Notes under the pieces: model-generated
The model's input: the letters and a program-made list of their open reading frames with translations, nothing else
Databases searched by the model: none
What the model was told of the DNA's origin: nothing
Shown here: positions 7,357 through 16,290 of the stretch, piece by piece
Position numbering within the stretch: position 1 is the stretch's first letter
How the letters are laid out: every line of letters begins with the position of its first letter
DNA from: Nanobdellota archaeon
Lineage (GTDB): Archaea > Nanobdellota > Nanobdellia > Woesearchaeales > GW2011-AR4
Reading direction: 5' to 3'
Assembly: GCA_038046385.1 (NCBI GenBank)
Contig: JBBSWH010000005.1
Span: 64,339-128,338 of the forward strand
Length of the DNA stretch: 64,000 bases
Made by a program: the position numbers and the translations under genes

Positions 7357-9132
7357 TTACTCAGCGGGATTTTCTTCCAATAAAGGACTATAAGCCTGTT
7401 CAAAGTACTGCCTAACCATTCTGTGGCTGTTAAACCATGGGGCATTATGCGCAGCAGCCGCTCTCATGACTCTCGCCCATGCTCTTTTATCATTTTTAAA
7501 AAGAGGGACTATTACGTGTTCCAGTTTTCCATATAAATCAGATGTGTCAATCTGTCTGTCTTCATCTCTTTTTTTTCTTCCGTCAGGCCCCAGTAATTCA
7601 ACAAAATCCTGTCTGCCCGGCAGCCTTCCTATAGCCCAGCCGGTTACTCCTTCTATTAACCCTTTAGGCAATGTATATCCAGATACAGGTTCCTGCGGCA
7701 CAGTCCAGCCGTCAAGTATAGAGAGTTGCGGAACAAGATTTATCGCAGCTTTCATTCCGCTGTTGCCGGACGCCTCTAAAAGCCTCTCCGGAGTGTTGAG
7801 CCAGACATCAGCACCCCTTACTAAATATTTTGCAACCTGCATATCGTAATCTTCCACAAACCAGATAGGAACTTTTCCTTTTAATTCCTTCATGTAATTG
7901 AATATTTGTTGTATAACCTCTTTTCCTGGATTGTCATTTGGATGGGCTTTGCCGGAAAATACAAACTGCACATCTGTTCCTAATTTAATTAATCTATCCA
8001 AGTCTTCAAAAATAAGGGTAGCTTGTTTGTATGTTGCAAATCTTCTTGCAAAGCCTATTGTTAATTTATTTGAATCGTAGTCTGCATTTCCCCTTATGCT
8101 CTGACTATTATTTAGAAAATGCCCTAGATTTTCTCTGGATAATCTGTGAGCATTCAAAACCTGATCTTCAGTTAACTCCAGTATTCTTTCAAGCCTTTCA
8201 GGATGCAGTCTCCATTCTCTGTTTGTCAAGCTATCATACAGTTTTTGAACCTGGGAAGAAGCCCATGTTGCAAGATGAACCCCGTTGTCTATGCTATACA
8301 ATTTGCCCATATTCGGAAAATCAGAAAACATATATCTTGATACTTCAGCATGCAATGGAGAAACTCCAAAAGCTTGTGAAGCAAGTGCCATAGCAAGTCT
8401 TGCCATGTTGAGATCGCTTGTTCCGGTCAATGAATTCATGTAATCTGAAGAAGGCATTCCTTCCCCCAATACTTGTTCAGCTAATTGCCTTGAGAATATG
8501 TCTAAACCTGCAGGTACTGGAGTGTGAGTTGTGAACACAAAATGCTTCCGTGCTTCTTCAATACTTCCATATTTTGCTATAAGCTCAAGCCCAGCTAAAG
8601 CGGCATGGCCTTCATTTGCATGATGCACTTTTATATCTTGATAGCCTAAGGCATCCAGTGCCCTTACACCGCCCCTGCCTAAAACTTGTTCTTGGGTTAA
8701 GCGCCAGTATAGGTGTTCTGATGGATACAAAACGTCGCAAATATCATTATCCCAATTACCTTCATTATTGCCGTTGGTATCAATGTCTATTAACGGAACA
8801 ACACTGCCTGTAACTCCCACGATCGGAAGTACCCATGCGCTCAATTTTACATCTCTTCCCTCAATTGGGACTGAAGTTATCTTTGGATGATAAGTCATCC
8901 TTCCGGTTGGGTCAAATCCCCCGTATTCCTCTGTCTGCCACCCGTCAGCTGATAATTTCTGATGAAAATTGCCCCTATTATAAAGAAGTCCAACACAGGC
9001 TACCGGATAACCCAAATCTGCAAATGATTTAGCACCATCACCTGCGAGAATGCCTAGCCCTCCTCCAAACGGAAGGCCTTCCTGTCCAAATTCTGCAGAA
9101 TAATATGCTACCCTAGCATCTTTTTGTAACAA
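7357..9132 (-). CDS. glgP: Alpha-glucan (glycogen/maltodextrin) phosphorylase, GT35 short type
   Basis: YYSAEFG..GGLGILAGD N-terminus and PLP-lysine context EASGNSGMKAA. Confidence 0.85.
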   Translation of the reverse strand: MLQKDARVAYYSAEFGQEGLPFGGGLGILAGDGAKSFADLGYPVACVGLLYNRGNFHQKLSADGWQTEEYGGFDPTGRMTYHPKITSVPIEGRDVKLSAWVLPIVGVTGSVVPLIDIDTNGNNEGNWDNDICDVLYPSEHLYWRLTQEQVLGRGGVRALDALGYQDIKVHHANEGHAALAGLELIAKYGSIEEARKHFVFTTHTPVPAGLDIFSRQLAEQVLGEGMPSSDYMNSLTGTSDLNMARLAMALASQAFGVSPLHAEVSRYMFSDFPNMGKLYSIDNGVHLATWASSQVQKLYDSLTNREWRLHPERLERILELTEDQVLNAHRLSRENLGHFLNNSQSIRGNADYDSNKLTIGFARRFATYKQATLIFEDLDRLIKLGTDVQFVFSGKAHPNDNPGKEVIQQIFNYMKELKGKVPIWFVEDYDMQVAKYLVRGADVWLNTPERLLEASGNSGMKAAINLVPQLSILDGWTVPQEPVSGYTLPKGLIEGVTGWAIGRLPGRQDFVELLGPDGRKKRDEDRQIDTSDLYGKLEHVIVPLFKNDKRAWARVMRAAAAHNAPWFNSHRMVRQYFEQAYSPLLEENPAE

Positions 9133-9334
9133 TTTAAATAAAAATTTTTAAAACATCTTAATAAATCTTTTGGTTACATAAGAAAAATGATTAATTTATA
9201 CTTTAAACCCTCAAACTAATTGTCTCTTGATTTTAAAATTGCTTGCTTTCTTCAACACAGCAAGGCAACTGAGACAAATGGGTGGGGTTTATGTTCCTTT
9301 AGAAGAAAGAGTAGCAGCAATAGCCGCCTAAACA

Positions 9335-9429
9335 ACCATCCTTATCTTGTTTTTATTGTTTAAAGCATCAACAAGCTTTCCGCCTATGTTATTGTTCTTC
9401 TTTATTTTTATTACACCGGTTTTTCCGGC
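9335..9429 (-). pseudogene. Orphan duplicate of the 3' end of the PIN-ATPase-KH gene
   Basis: 95 nt identical except one position (9355 t versus 10157 c) to 10137-10231. The upstream context does not continue the reading frame. Confidence 0.8.
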
Positions 9430-9532
9430 GACAGCAAATCTTCTTTGATTATCCGGTCATGCTTTCCTGTATTAATCCTGGAACCAATGAAGAGTATTCA
9501 GGATTGCTTATAGAAAGGTTTCTAGAATTGTG

Positions 9533-10105
9533 TTAGTTATATTCTGGAATTAATTTTCTATCTATATTTCTAACCTTCCCTATAATCCTTCCATTTTCAT
9601 ATAAACTCAAATTTCTAGATTGTATGGATTGGGTATCACTATCCCACCAAACTAAGCTATCATAATTAATGACGGATTCCTGTCCACTTGTATCTTTCAA
9701 AACCAAATAATTGTCTGTACCGACATTATCTATAAAACAGTCTGGCTTGATTCCTATATAACTCTTGATAACATTGAACTTCATTCCTGATGGAACTTTT
9801 TTGAGATGAATGGTGTTATCAACAAAGGCGAACTCAGAAAGGTTATAATAATATAAGGATCTATTAATTCTTTGCTCAGTTTTTGCTCCAGGAAGGGTTA
9901 TTAGTCCCTCAAAATAAAAAACAGGATCGTCAAAAGATAGTGTTCTTCCTTTCAAAAACTCTGGTAAAGAAATTGTTTTTTCTTTTATTTGGCAATGCCC
10001 GAAAAACGAAAACCATAAAAAAATCTTGCTAGAAATATAGATAATCCAAGATATTGAGATAATCACTATTAAAATAATTAATATCCATTTGATTATTTTA
10101 TTCAC
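9533..10105 (-). CDS. Hypothetical N-terminally membrane-anchored protein
   Basis: 190 aa with a hydrophobic N-terminus. Lies between the two 95-nt repeat copies. Confidence 0.5.
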   Translation of the reverse strand: MNKIIKWILIILIVIISISWIIYISSKIFLWFSFFGHCQIKEKTISLPEFLKGRTLSFDDPVFYFEGLITLPGAKTEQRINRSLYYYNLSEFAFVDNTIHLKKVPSGMKFNVIKSYIGIKPDCFIDNVGTDNYLVLKDTSGQESVINYDSLVWWDSDTQSIQSRNLSLYENGRIIGKVRNIDRKLIPEYN

Positions 10106-10129
10106 TAAATAAACACCTAATTAAATATT

Positions 10130-11971
10130 TCAGATTACCATCCTTATCTTGCTTTTATTGTTTAAAGCATCAACAAGCTTTCCGCCTATGTTATTGTTCT
10201 TCTTTATTTTTATTACACCGGTTTTTCCGGCTTTTGCGCTAAGAAGGAATTCTTCTCCAATATAAATATCCACATCGCGATTCTGCATATCCACTCCCAA
10301 TTCTATCATCAGCTGGTTCTTTTTGTATCTGATCTCAAAAGGAACTTCTGCCTGGTCTTTTGCAGCGCCCTTGACTTCATATTTTTCATCGATGCTTTTG
10401 ATGTCTATTCCAATGCCCAACTTTTCTTCAATCTTCGTGATGTTTGCGCCCTGCTTGCCTATGATTTTTGCAATATCAGATTCAGGGACATAAACCGTGC
10501 ATTTATTGTCGGATAAAACTTCCACTTCAACATTTCTTGAATAATTATGGAATTCCTGCAGGATTGTTGCTTCTGCAAGCTTATGTGTTCCGGTTTTGCT
10601 TGATCCTTTTTGAACCGGCACAACAACTGTCTGCTCGCCGTAGCTGTAAATTTCATATTCTAATTTATCTGTTTCAAAATCATTTATAACGACAACCGGC
10701 CTTGCAAGGTCTGCTTCTGTCATGCCCGACGGGACTTTTACTACCATCTTCAGTGAAAGCACCTTGAATACTGCTCCATTCTTTATGAAAACCACAGTAT
10801 CGATAATCTGCGGAATAACTCCCATCTCAATTCTTCCTAAAAATCGCTGGATTGCATCAACAGGGGATGTTCCGTGAACTACGCCGACCATCCCAACACC
10901 TGCAAGCCTCATGTCTGCAAAAAGCTGGAAGTCTTTTGTGTTTCTCATTTCATCAAATATTGTATAATCGGGCCTTGAAAGAAGAAGAACATCATGGATT
11001 TCCTGCGTGTCGCCATGGGAAATTGAGTATTGAGTTATTGTTTCCGGCAAAATCAAATCTCTTGGAGACTCGACTGTTTTCACTATCTTGTTTTGTAAAG
11101 CATAATATTCTGCAAGAGCCTGCGCAAAAGTTGTCTTGCCCATTCCTGGCGCGCCTGCAACAAGAACACCTTCTGCTTGACCTGCAACTCTAGTCATTAA
11201 CTTCTCGCTTAAATTGTAATCTTTTAGGTCGAGTTTTCTTACCGGCCTTACTGCAGTGATTTCCCATCCGTCGGAAAATGGAGGCCTTGTGATTACTATT
11301 CTAAAACTTCCGAGCTGAACAATTGTAGAACCTTGCCTTTCTATTTCTATGAAGCCGTCTTTTCTTAATTTTGATTCTTCAATTATCTCTCTTGAGATAT
11401 CTTGTATTTCTTCCTGTTTCAATGGAGCTTTTCTTAGCTGCTTGAATTCCCAATTGCCAGGAGTTCCTTTTTTTGCGTTTGGAGGCACATTCTCTCGCAA
11501 ATGCACGCTCATTGTTGTTTCATCAAAGAATTTTTCAAGCTTTAATTTTTTTAATCCTTTTTCTGATCTTTTGTAATACAATACTTTTATACCGCGTGCA
11601 AGCCCGACTTCGCTTTGGATTTTGTCAGATGTGACTAAAGTTGCATCTTCATCATATGCCAATTGCCGAATTAATGAATCAATTTCTCCGATTGAAGCGT
11701 TCCTTATTTCTGCTGCCTTTGGCCTCGTTCCCTTGAACAAAAGCTCGAAGTTTTTTTCTGATGAAAGCTGCTTGATTCTTTTTATTTCATCAAGCCCCAA
11801 AAATCCTATTGACTTACCCATATTAGCCTGATGTTCAAGCTCTGCAATTACGGCTTCATGAAGAATTATCTGGGTTGTTTTGATGCTTCCATTCTTTATC
11901 TTGTCAGACAACAAGCCCTCGATTATTACAGAAGTATCCGGAACAATCCTGTCTGCAACTGTCTCATCCAT
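10130..11971 (-). CDS. PIN domain + PilT-like ATPase + KH domain protein
   Basis: N-terminal PIN (PDTSVII), Walker A GAPGMGKT, C-terminal KH (IIGKQGANI). Confidence 0.8.
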   Translation of the reverse strand: MDETVADRIVPDTSVIIEGLLSDKIKNGSIKTTQIILHEAVIAELEHQANMGKSIGFLGLDEIKRIKQLSSEKNFELLFKGTRPKAAEIRNASIGEIDSLIRQLAYDEDATLVTSDKIQSEVGLARGIKVLYYKRSEKGLKKLKLEKFFDETTMSVHLRENVPPNAKKGTPGNWEFKQLRKAPLKQEEIQDISREIIEESKLRKDGFIEIERQGSTIVQLGSFRIVITRPPFSDGWEITAVRPVRKLDLKDYNLSEKLMTRVAGQAEGVLVAGAPGMGKTTFAQALAEYYALQNKIVKTVESPRDLILPETITQYSISHGDTQEIHDVLLLSRPDYTIFDEMRNTKDFQLFADMRLAGVGMVGVVHGTSPVDAIQRFLGRIEMGVIPQIIDTVVFIKNGAVFKVLSLKMVVKVPSGMTEADLARPVVVINDFETDKLEYEIYSYGEQTVVVPVQKGSSKTGTHKLAEATILQEFHNYSRNVEVEVLSDNKCTVYVPESDIAKIIGKQGANITKIEEKLGIGIDIKSIDEKYEVKGAAKDQAEVPFEIRYKKNQLMIELGVDMQNRDVDIYIGEEFLLSAKAGKTGVIKIKKNNNIGGKLVDALNNKSKIRMVI

Positions 11972-12129
11972 GCATTATATCCGACTATGCACATATATAA
12001 AACTTTGGATATTTAATTTATTTACTATATTGATAATAAAAGAATAATTGAATAATTTTAATTGTTTACATTATGGCAAATAAATATTTGCCAGATTAAA
12101 AATTTATCAATTTTTGATATAGAAAATAA

Positions 12130-14181
12130 CTAGTATGCTGTTCTTTTTCTAAACATAAACAACAAAAGAAGAACAAATACTGCAATCCCTATTGATATAG
12201 CCGGCAAAATCCACCTATCATCCGAATCAACATTCATGAACAAAAGGATTCTTTGAAGAATGCTCGCGTTCCACAAGCCAATTGATAATTCTTTTGTCGC
12301 TTCATATTTTTTGCCTGTGTCATCTGTGTACAGAATTTGAACATTAAAATCATTCTTTCCGTATTTCAATTCTTTTCCGATTGAATTCAAATTAAATTTG
12401 CGGTCATTCTCAAGCCTTGCAAGATCCCACTGCGTTTCTATTCCGTTTCTTGTTACTTTCAGCACAGCGCTTTTCGGCAATGAAGAGGATTTTCTTGCAG
12501 CAGTAAAAATTATTGTGAAGTTTTCATTGTATGAAACATTCTGCGGATACTGCAGGTTTTCTATTTCTATCTTAGGAATGTCTTTTATTGTAAAGTTGAC
12601 AAAGGATGACTTTGAGACGATGCTGCTTTTCAAAATGACAGGAATTTCTTTGTAGCCTGTCTTGCTTTTTTCTATGCCAAAAGAGAAATTTGCCGACTGG
12701 GAGATTCCAAGATCAAGGCTTTCGCATTTGTTTTCAAAGCAGACGCTTGCGCCGCTTAAGAAAACATTCCCGTTGTTTTTTGCACTGCACAGTATTTTTG
12801 CATTCTGATACTGGTAAAACTCATTTTTTGTGGCTGCGCATTCCAGTTCAACATTTGCAGAATATTTTTTTTCCTTTTCGTCTTCGAATAAATTTGCAAG
12901 CTGCTGCATCTCTTCAATATCAAAATAATCTTCTCTCACGCTGGCGACAAAACTTGATTCATCTGAAATGTTTTCAAGAGTCCTGACTGCAACCGGAAAA
13001 GTATAGGAATATTTTTTATCGAGAGCGCTGCTTACCTGCACTATCCAGAAAACCTTTCTTTTTTCGAACGGCAAAAGAAGGATGCTTTTTGCCCCATCTC
13101 CCATTATTTTGACTTCTTTTGGCTCATTTACGTAAACTTCGGTTGCATAGTAAAAACTGTTTGTATTTTCTATGTCTGCTTCTATGAGGTTGTAAGAGCC
13201 GAGTGCAACTGCTTTTTTGAGTATAGTTATGCTGACTTTTAATGGAATGGTATATGTGCCGGAATGGCTGACAAGGCTTGTTTTAATTTCCATGTCTTTC
13301 GCTTTTAAGTCTGCATTCTTTCCGAGCCACTGATAATATGTTGACGGATCATCAGAATCAACAGACTCTTTGAATTTCAGATGTGTTGGGTCTACCCATC
13401 CAAACTCGCCGTATGTGACATCAAAAGGAACCCACCCATAGCCAGGAAAATAAACCTCTGCCCAGCCGTGCGCCCCCCAGCTGTCTGCAAACAATTCTGA
13501 ATTTGTGTAGGCAATGCCGGATATGAATCTTGCAGGTATTCCAACAGACCTTGCCATTGCAATGAACAGAGAAGTCAACTCATCACAAACACCCTGCTTG
13601 TTTTCCAGCACCCAAGACGCTTTTTGGCTTATATCTGCTGTGAGCGTGCTTAGGTTATAGTTTATGTTGTTTTTTGTCCAGCCAGCCAGCTTGAAAACGG
13701 CGCTGTACAAATCGTCTTCGCCTTCAACAAGCTGCGATGCCAGCCTGATTATTTCAGGGTCGTCTGAGTCTATTGTCGGGCTCGGCTTTGTGTAAGGAAG
13801 GATATCATCAGGAAGCTTTTGTATTGGGAACGGTATTTTTTCTTTTATCTGGACTATGCTGTTTGTGGTCTTTACCTGCGCATTAAGATTAAAGCTTATT
13901 TTGTCTTCTGGGCTTTTCCATTGAAACTGCAAAACATCATTGTTTTGCTCTGCTTTTGGATTTGTTTCAAATTTAAGCAATTCCTGATTCTTGTATTCCT
14001 TTGGATAGAATGTCAGGTTTATGGTTGCGCTTTCAACATAACCACTAGGAGTTAATTTGACAATCTCTATCTGAGAAGCCATTTTGACATCTGCTGTCAC
14101 AGTCTGGCTGCTGTAGTACCACTGCGCATAGGCTGAAGGAATCAATAATAAAATCATCAAGAATACAAGCTCTTTTTTCAT
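12130..14181 (-). CDS. Large secreted/anchored transglutaminase-like protein
   Basis: Signal peptide, QGVCDELTSLF (Cys), HGWAEVY (His), PFDVT (Asp), C-terminal TM helix. Confidence 0.75.
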   Translation of the reverse strand: MKKELVFLMILLLIPSAYAQWYYSSQTVTADVKMASQIEIVKLTPSGYVESATINLTFYPKEYKNQELLKFETNPKAEQNNDVLQFQWKSPEDKISFNLNAQVKTTNSIVQIKEKIPFPIQKLPDDILPYTKPSPTIDSDDPEIIRLASQLVEGEDDLYSAVFKLAGWTKNNINYNLSTLTADISQKASWVLENKQGVCDELTSLFIAMARSVGIPARFISGIAYTNSELFADSWGAHGWAEVYFPGYGWVPFDVTYGEFGWVDPTHLKFKESVDSDDPSTYYQWLGKNADLKAKDMEIKTSLVSHSGTYTIPLKVSITILKKAVALGSYNLIEADIENTNSFYYATEVYVNEPKEVKIMGDGAKSILLLPFEKRKVFWIVQVSSALDKKYSYTFPVAVRTLENISDESSFVASVREDYFDIEEMQQLANLFEDEKEKKYSANVELECAATKNEFYQYQNAKILCSAKNNGNVFLSGASVCFENKCESLDLGISQSANFSFGIEKSKTGYKEIPVILKSSIVSKSSFVNFTIKDIPKIEIENLQYPQNVSYNENFTIIFTAARKSSSLPKSAVLKVTRNGIETQWDLARLENDRKFNLNSIGKELKYGKNDFNVQILYTDDTGKKYEATKELSIGLWNASILQRILLFMNVDSDDRWILPAISIGIAVFVLLLLFMFRKRTAY

Positions 14182-14242
14182 TTATTGGATTATGATATTT
14201 TTGTTTATAAGGTTTGCCATAAATTTAGATTATTTCAAACGC

Positions 14243-14458
14243 CACTATCGGCGGCTGTCGTCACTACGTGACTCGCTTGACACAACTTGAGCAAAGCTCA
14301 AGTGTGCAATTGGTAGTAACCAATTTGCACCCCGAATGGGGCGTCCCCCGTCAAGCCAGCGCCGACGTGGCGTGCGACGAGCCGAGGGACGGCTCCTACG
14401 GAGTGGCGAGTAGGATTTTTCACAGGGAAAAATCCGTAGCACCGCCACTGTCGGCGCA
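14243..14458 (-). ncRNA. GC-rich structured RNA candidate (possible SRP/7S RNA; strand uncertain)
   Basis: GC island in AT-rich DNA. Long helix GCTTGAC/GTCAAGC plus TCGTC/GACGA; stacked hairpins. Minus strand shows Alu-domain-like GTGGCGGTGC..CCTGTG..CTACTCG. No helix-8 GGAA/AGCA motif found. Confidence 0.35.
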
Positions 14459-14519
14459 AAGAGAACCTAACATTAATCCAAATAACATTTATAAATGGAC
14501 TAGATGTACTTACCAGTAT

Positions 14520-14656
14520 GCCGAGGTCGCATAGCCTGGTATTGCGGTGATTTCTGAAAAGAAACCGTATGATTGCTAGGCTTACGCTTTTTGGAGTAAG
14601 TGTTATAAAAATCCACTGTCCGAAAGGATCCGGGGGTTCAAATCCTCCCCTCGGCG
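14520..14656 (+). tRNA. tRNA-Ser(GCU) with two putative introns (29/30 and 37/38)
   Basis: GCCGAGG-TC-GCA..TGC-G-GTG[14550-14570]GATTGCTA[14579-14610]A-TCCAC-TGTCCGAAAGGATCC-GGGGG-TTCAAAT-CCTCC-CCTCGGC-G. Spliced arm is GTGGA-TTGCTAA-TCCAC. Length check: 84+21+32=137 nt. Confidence 0.7.
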
Positions 14657-14670
14657 TTTATTTTAATAAA

Positions 14671-15072
14671 ATGGGAGTAGCAACAGAGCTGGAAAAGGGC
14701 AAGTATTTTCTTCACAACAACGAGCCTATGAGGGTTACAAGAAAAGAGGTTGTTGCTGTCGGAACGCATTCACACACCAAGCTCAAGATTTTCTATCAGG
14801 GAGTTGAAGGCAGGGGAGAAAAAACAATCATACTGGGGCATACTGATAAAGTAGATATTTTGGACATAACAAGAAAACAGGGACAAGTGATATCAAAAAA
14901 CAACGACAAGGTGCAGATAATGGATCTTGTTTCGTATGAAGTGATGGAAGCAAAAGCAATTCCTGAAATAATGGATGATTTCAAAGAGGGATTGATTGTG
15001 ACTTTTATAAATTTCAACGGAGACTGCAGGATTGTGGATATAAGGGGAAGCCAGAAAGAAGAACATTCATGA
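14671..15072 (+). CDS. aIF5A-like translation factor (divergent hypusine loop)
   Basis: 133 aa from the internal ATG, because the track ORF start overlaps the tRNA. By-eye alignment to archaeal aIF5A runs along its full length; the loop reads AVGTHSHTKLK versus the usual SPGKHGSAKAR. Confidence 0.7.
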   Translation: MGVATELEKGKYFLHNNEPMRVTRKEVVAVGTHSHTKLKIFYQGVEGRGEKTIILGHTDKVDILDITRKQGQVISKNNDKVQIMDLVSYEVMEAKAIPEIMDDFKEGLIVTFINFNGDCRIVDIRGSQKEEHS

Positions 15073-15560
15073 AAAAAACTAATTCTAAATATATTGTTGT
15101 GAAAAAGTCAAAAATCCACAACAACGGGATTTTTGCAAAGAAAGATGTGCCAAAAGGAATTAAAGTACTGCAATATGTTGGAGAAAAAATAGACAAGACA
15201 GAAGGGGCAAAAAGAGAGGTACTGCAGGATAAGCTTGCAGCAAAAAACAAAAAATACGGAGTTGTTTATGTCTTTGAACTCGATAAGAAATGGGACATTG
15301 ACGGGAGCTTTGAGTACAACACTGCAAAATACATAAACCATTCGTGCAATCCAAACTGCAGGATAAGCATAAAAAACGGGGAGATATGGATAGTGTCAAA
15401 GAGAAGGATAAAAAAAGGGGAAGAGATAACTTATAATTATGGCTATGACTTCGAAGGAGGAGACCATCATGAATGCAAGTGCGGATGCGGCAATTGCGTC
15501 GGGTACATACTTGATGAGGATCACTGGCCAAAGCTGAAAAGGGCTATTAAGGGGCAATAG
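15069..15560 (+). CDS. SET-domain protein lysine methyltransferase
   Basis: NHSCNPNC, ELTYNY-like EITYNYGYD, post-SET CKCGCGNC. ATGA overlap with the upstream stop. Confidence 0.85.
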   Translation: MKKTNSKYIVVKKSKIHNNGIFAKKDVPKGIKVLQYVGEKIDKTEGAKREVLQDKLAAKNKKYGVVYVFELDKKWDIDGSFEYNTAKYINHSCNPNCRISIKNGEIWIVSKRRIKKGEEITYNYGYDFEGGDHHECKCGCGNCVGYILDEDHWPKLKRAIKGQ

Positions 15561-15561
15561 A

Positions 15562-16290
15562 ATGTCAAAAAAAATATCGCTAAAGCAGTATCTTATGAAG
15601 ACTGGGAAGTTTGCAACAGTTTCCGATGCAGTTGAGTCAATACAGAAAGGCAAAGTCACATTAAACGGCAAAGCTGTTGTAATCCCTAATTATTTCTTTA
15701 ATCCGGAAAAAACTCTCGTGAAGTGCGGCGATGAGAAAATAAAAAAGGTTTCAAAGCTTTATTTTCTGATGAACAAGCCGGCAGGGTTAATCTGCCAGAA
15801 ATCAGAGGACGAAAAAACAATTTATGATATTTTAAAATCAAAAGTTGATGAAAAGCACGTTAATTCATTGTTTGCAGTCGGAAGACTGGACAAAGACACT
15901 GAAGGATTATTGATAATAACAAACGATGGAAAGCTGGCTGATACTATAATGCATCCTGCGCACGAGATAACAAAAAAATATTTTGCCGTTCTTGAAAAGA
16001 ATATTGACAAGAAAGACGCAATTGCGCTTGAAAAGGGAATAATAATTGAATTGGAAGATGAGCCGTACAAGACAAAGCCTGCAAAAATAAGAATTGTGAA
16101 AGAAAAAGAAATTTATGTTTCCATAACAGAAGGGAAAAAAAGACAAGTTAAGAGGATGTTTGAATCAATAGGAAACAGAGTAGTGCATCTGAAAAGGGTT
16201 TCAATCGGGGGAGTGTCGCTTGGAAAGATTGAAACAGGAGAAATAATGCAGGTTTCAAGGGAAGAATTAGTGCAGATGCTTGAATTATAA
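15562..16290 (+). CDS. RsuA/RluB-family pseudouridine synthase with S4 domain
   Basis: AVGRLDKDTEGLLIITNDG catalytic-Asp motif, KKYFAV, GKKRQVKRM. Confidence 0.85.
   Translation: MSKKISLKQYLMKTGKFATVSDAVESIQKGKVTLNGKAVVIPNYFFNPEKTLVKCGDEKIKKVSKLYFLMNKPAGLICQKSEDEKTIYDILKSKVDEKHVNSLFAVGRLDKDTEGLLIITNDGKLADTIMHPAHEITKKYFAVLEKNIDKKDAIALEKGIIIELEDEPYKTKPAKIRIVKEKEIYVSITEGKKRQVKRMFESIGNRVVHLKRVSIGGVSLGKIETGEIMQVSREELVQMLEL

Noticed and set aside
14245-14534. Track ORFs 14245-14448 (-) and 14268-14534 (+); likewise 46937-47179 and 46957-47151.
   Set aside because: They fall inside GC-rich structured RNA regions (SRP-like island; RNase P RNA). Arg/Pro/Ser-rich translations are a composition artefact.
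14569-14670. N-terminal extension of the aIF5A-like ORF (track start 14569) and of uS13 (track start 52908).
   Set aside because: The extensions overlap the tRNA-Ser 3' half and the structured S13 leader respectively. The internal ATGs give proteins of canonical length and N-termini.
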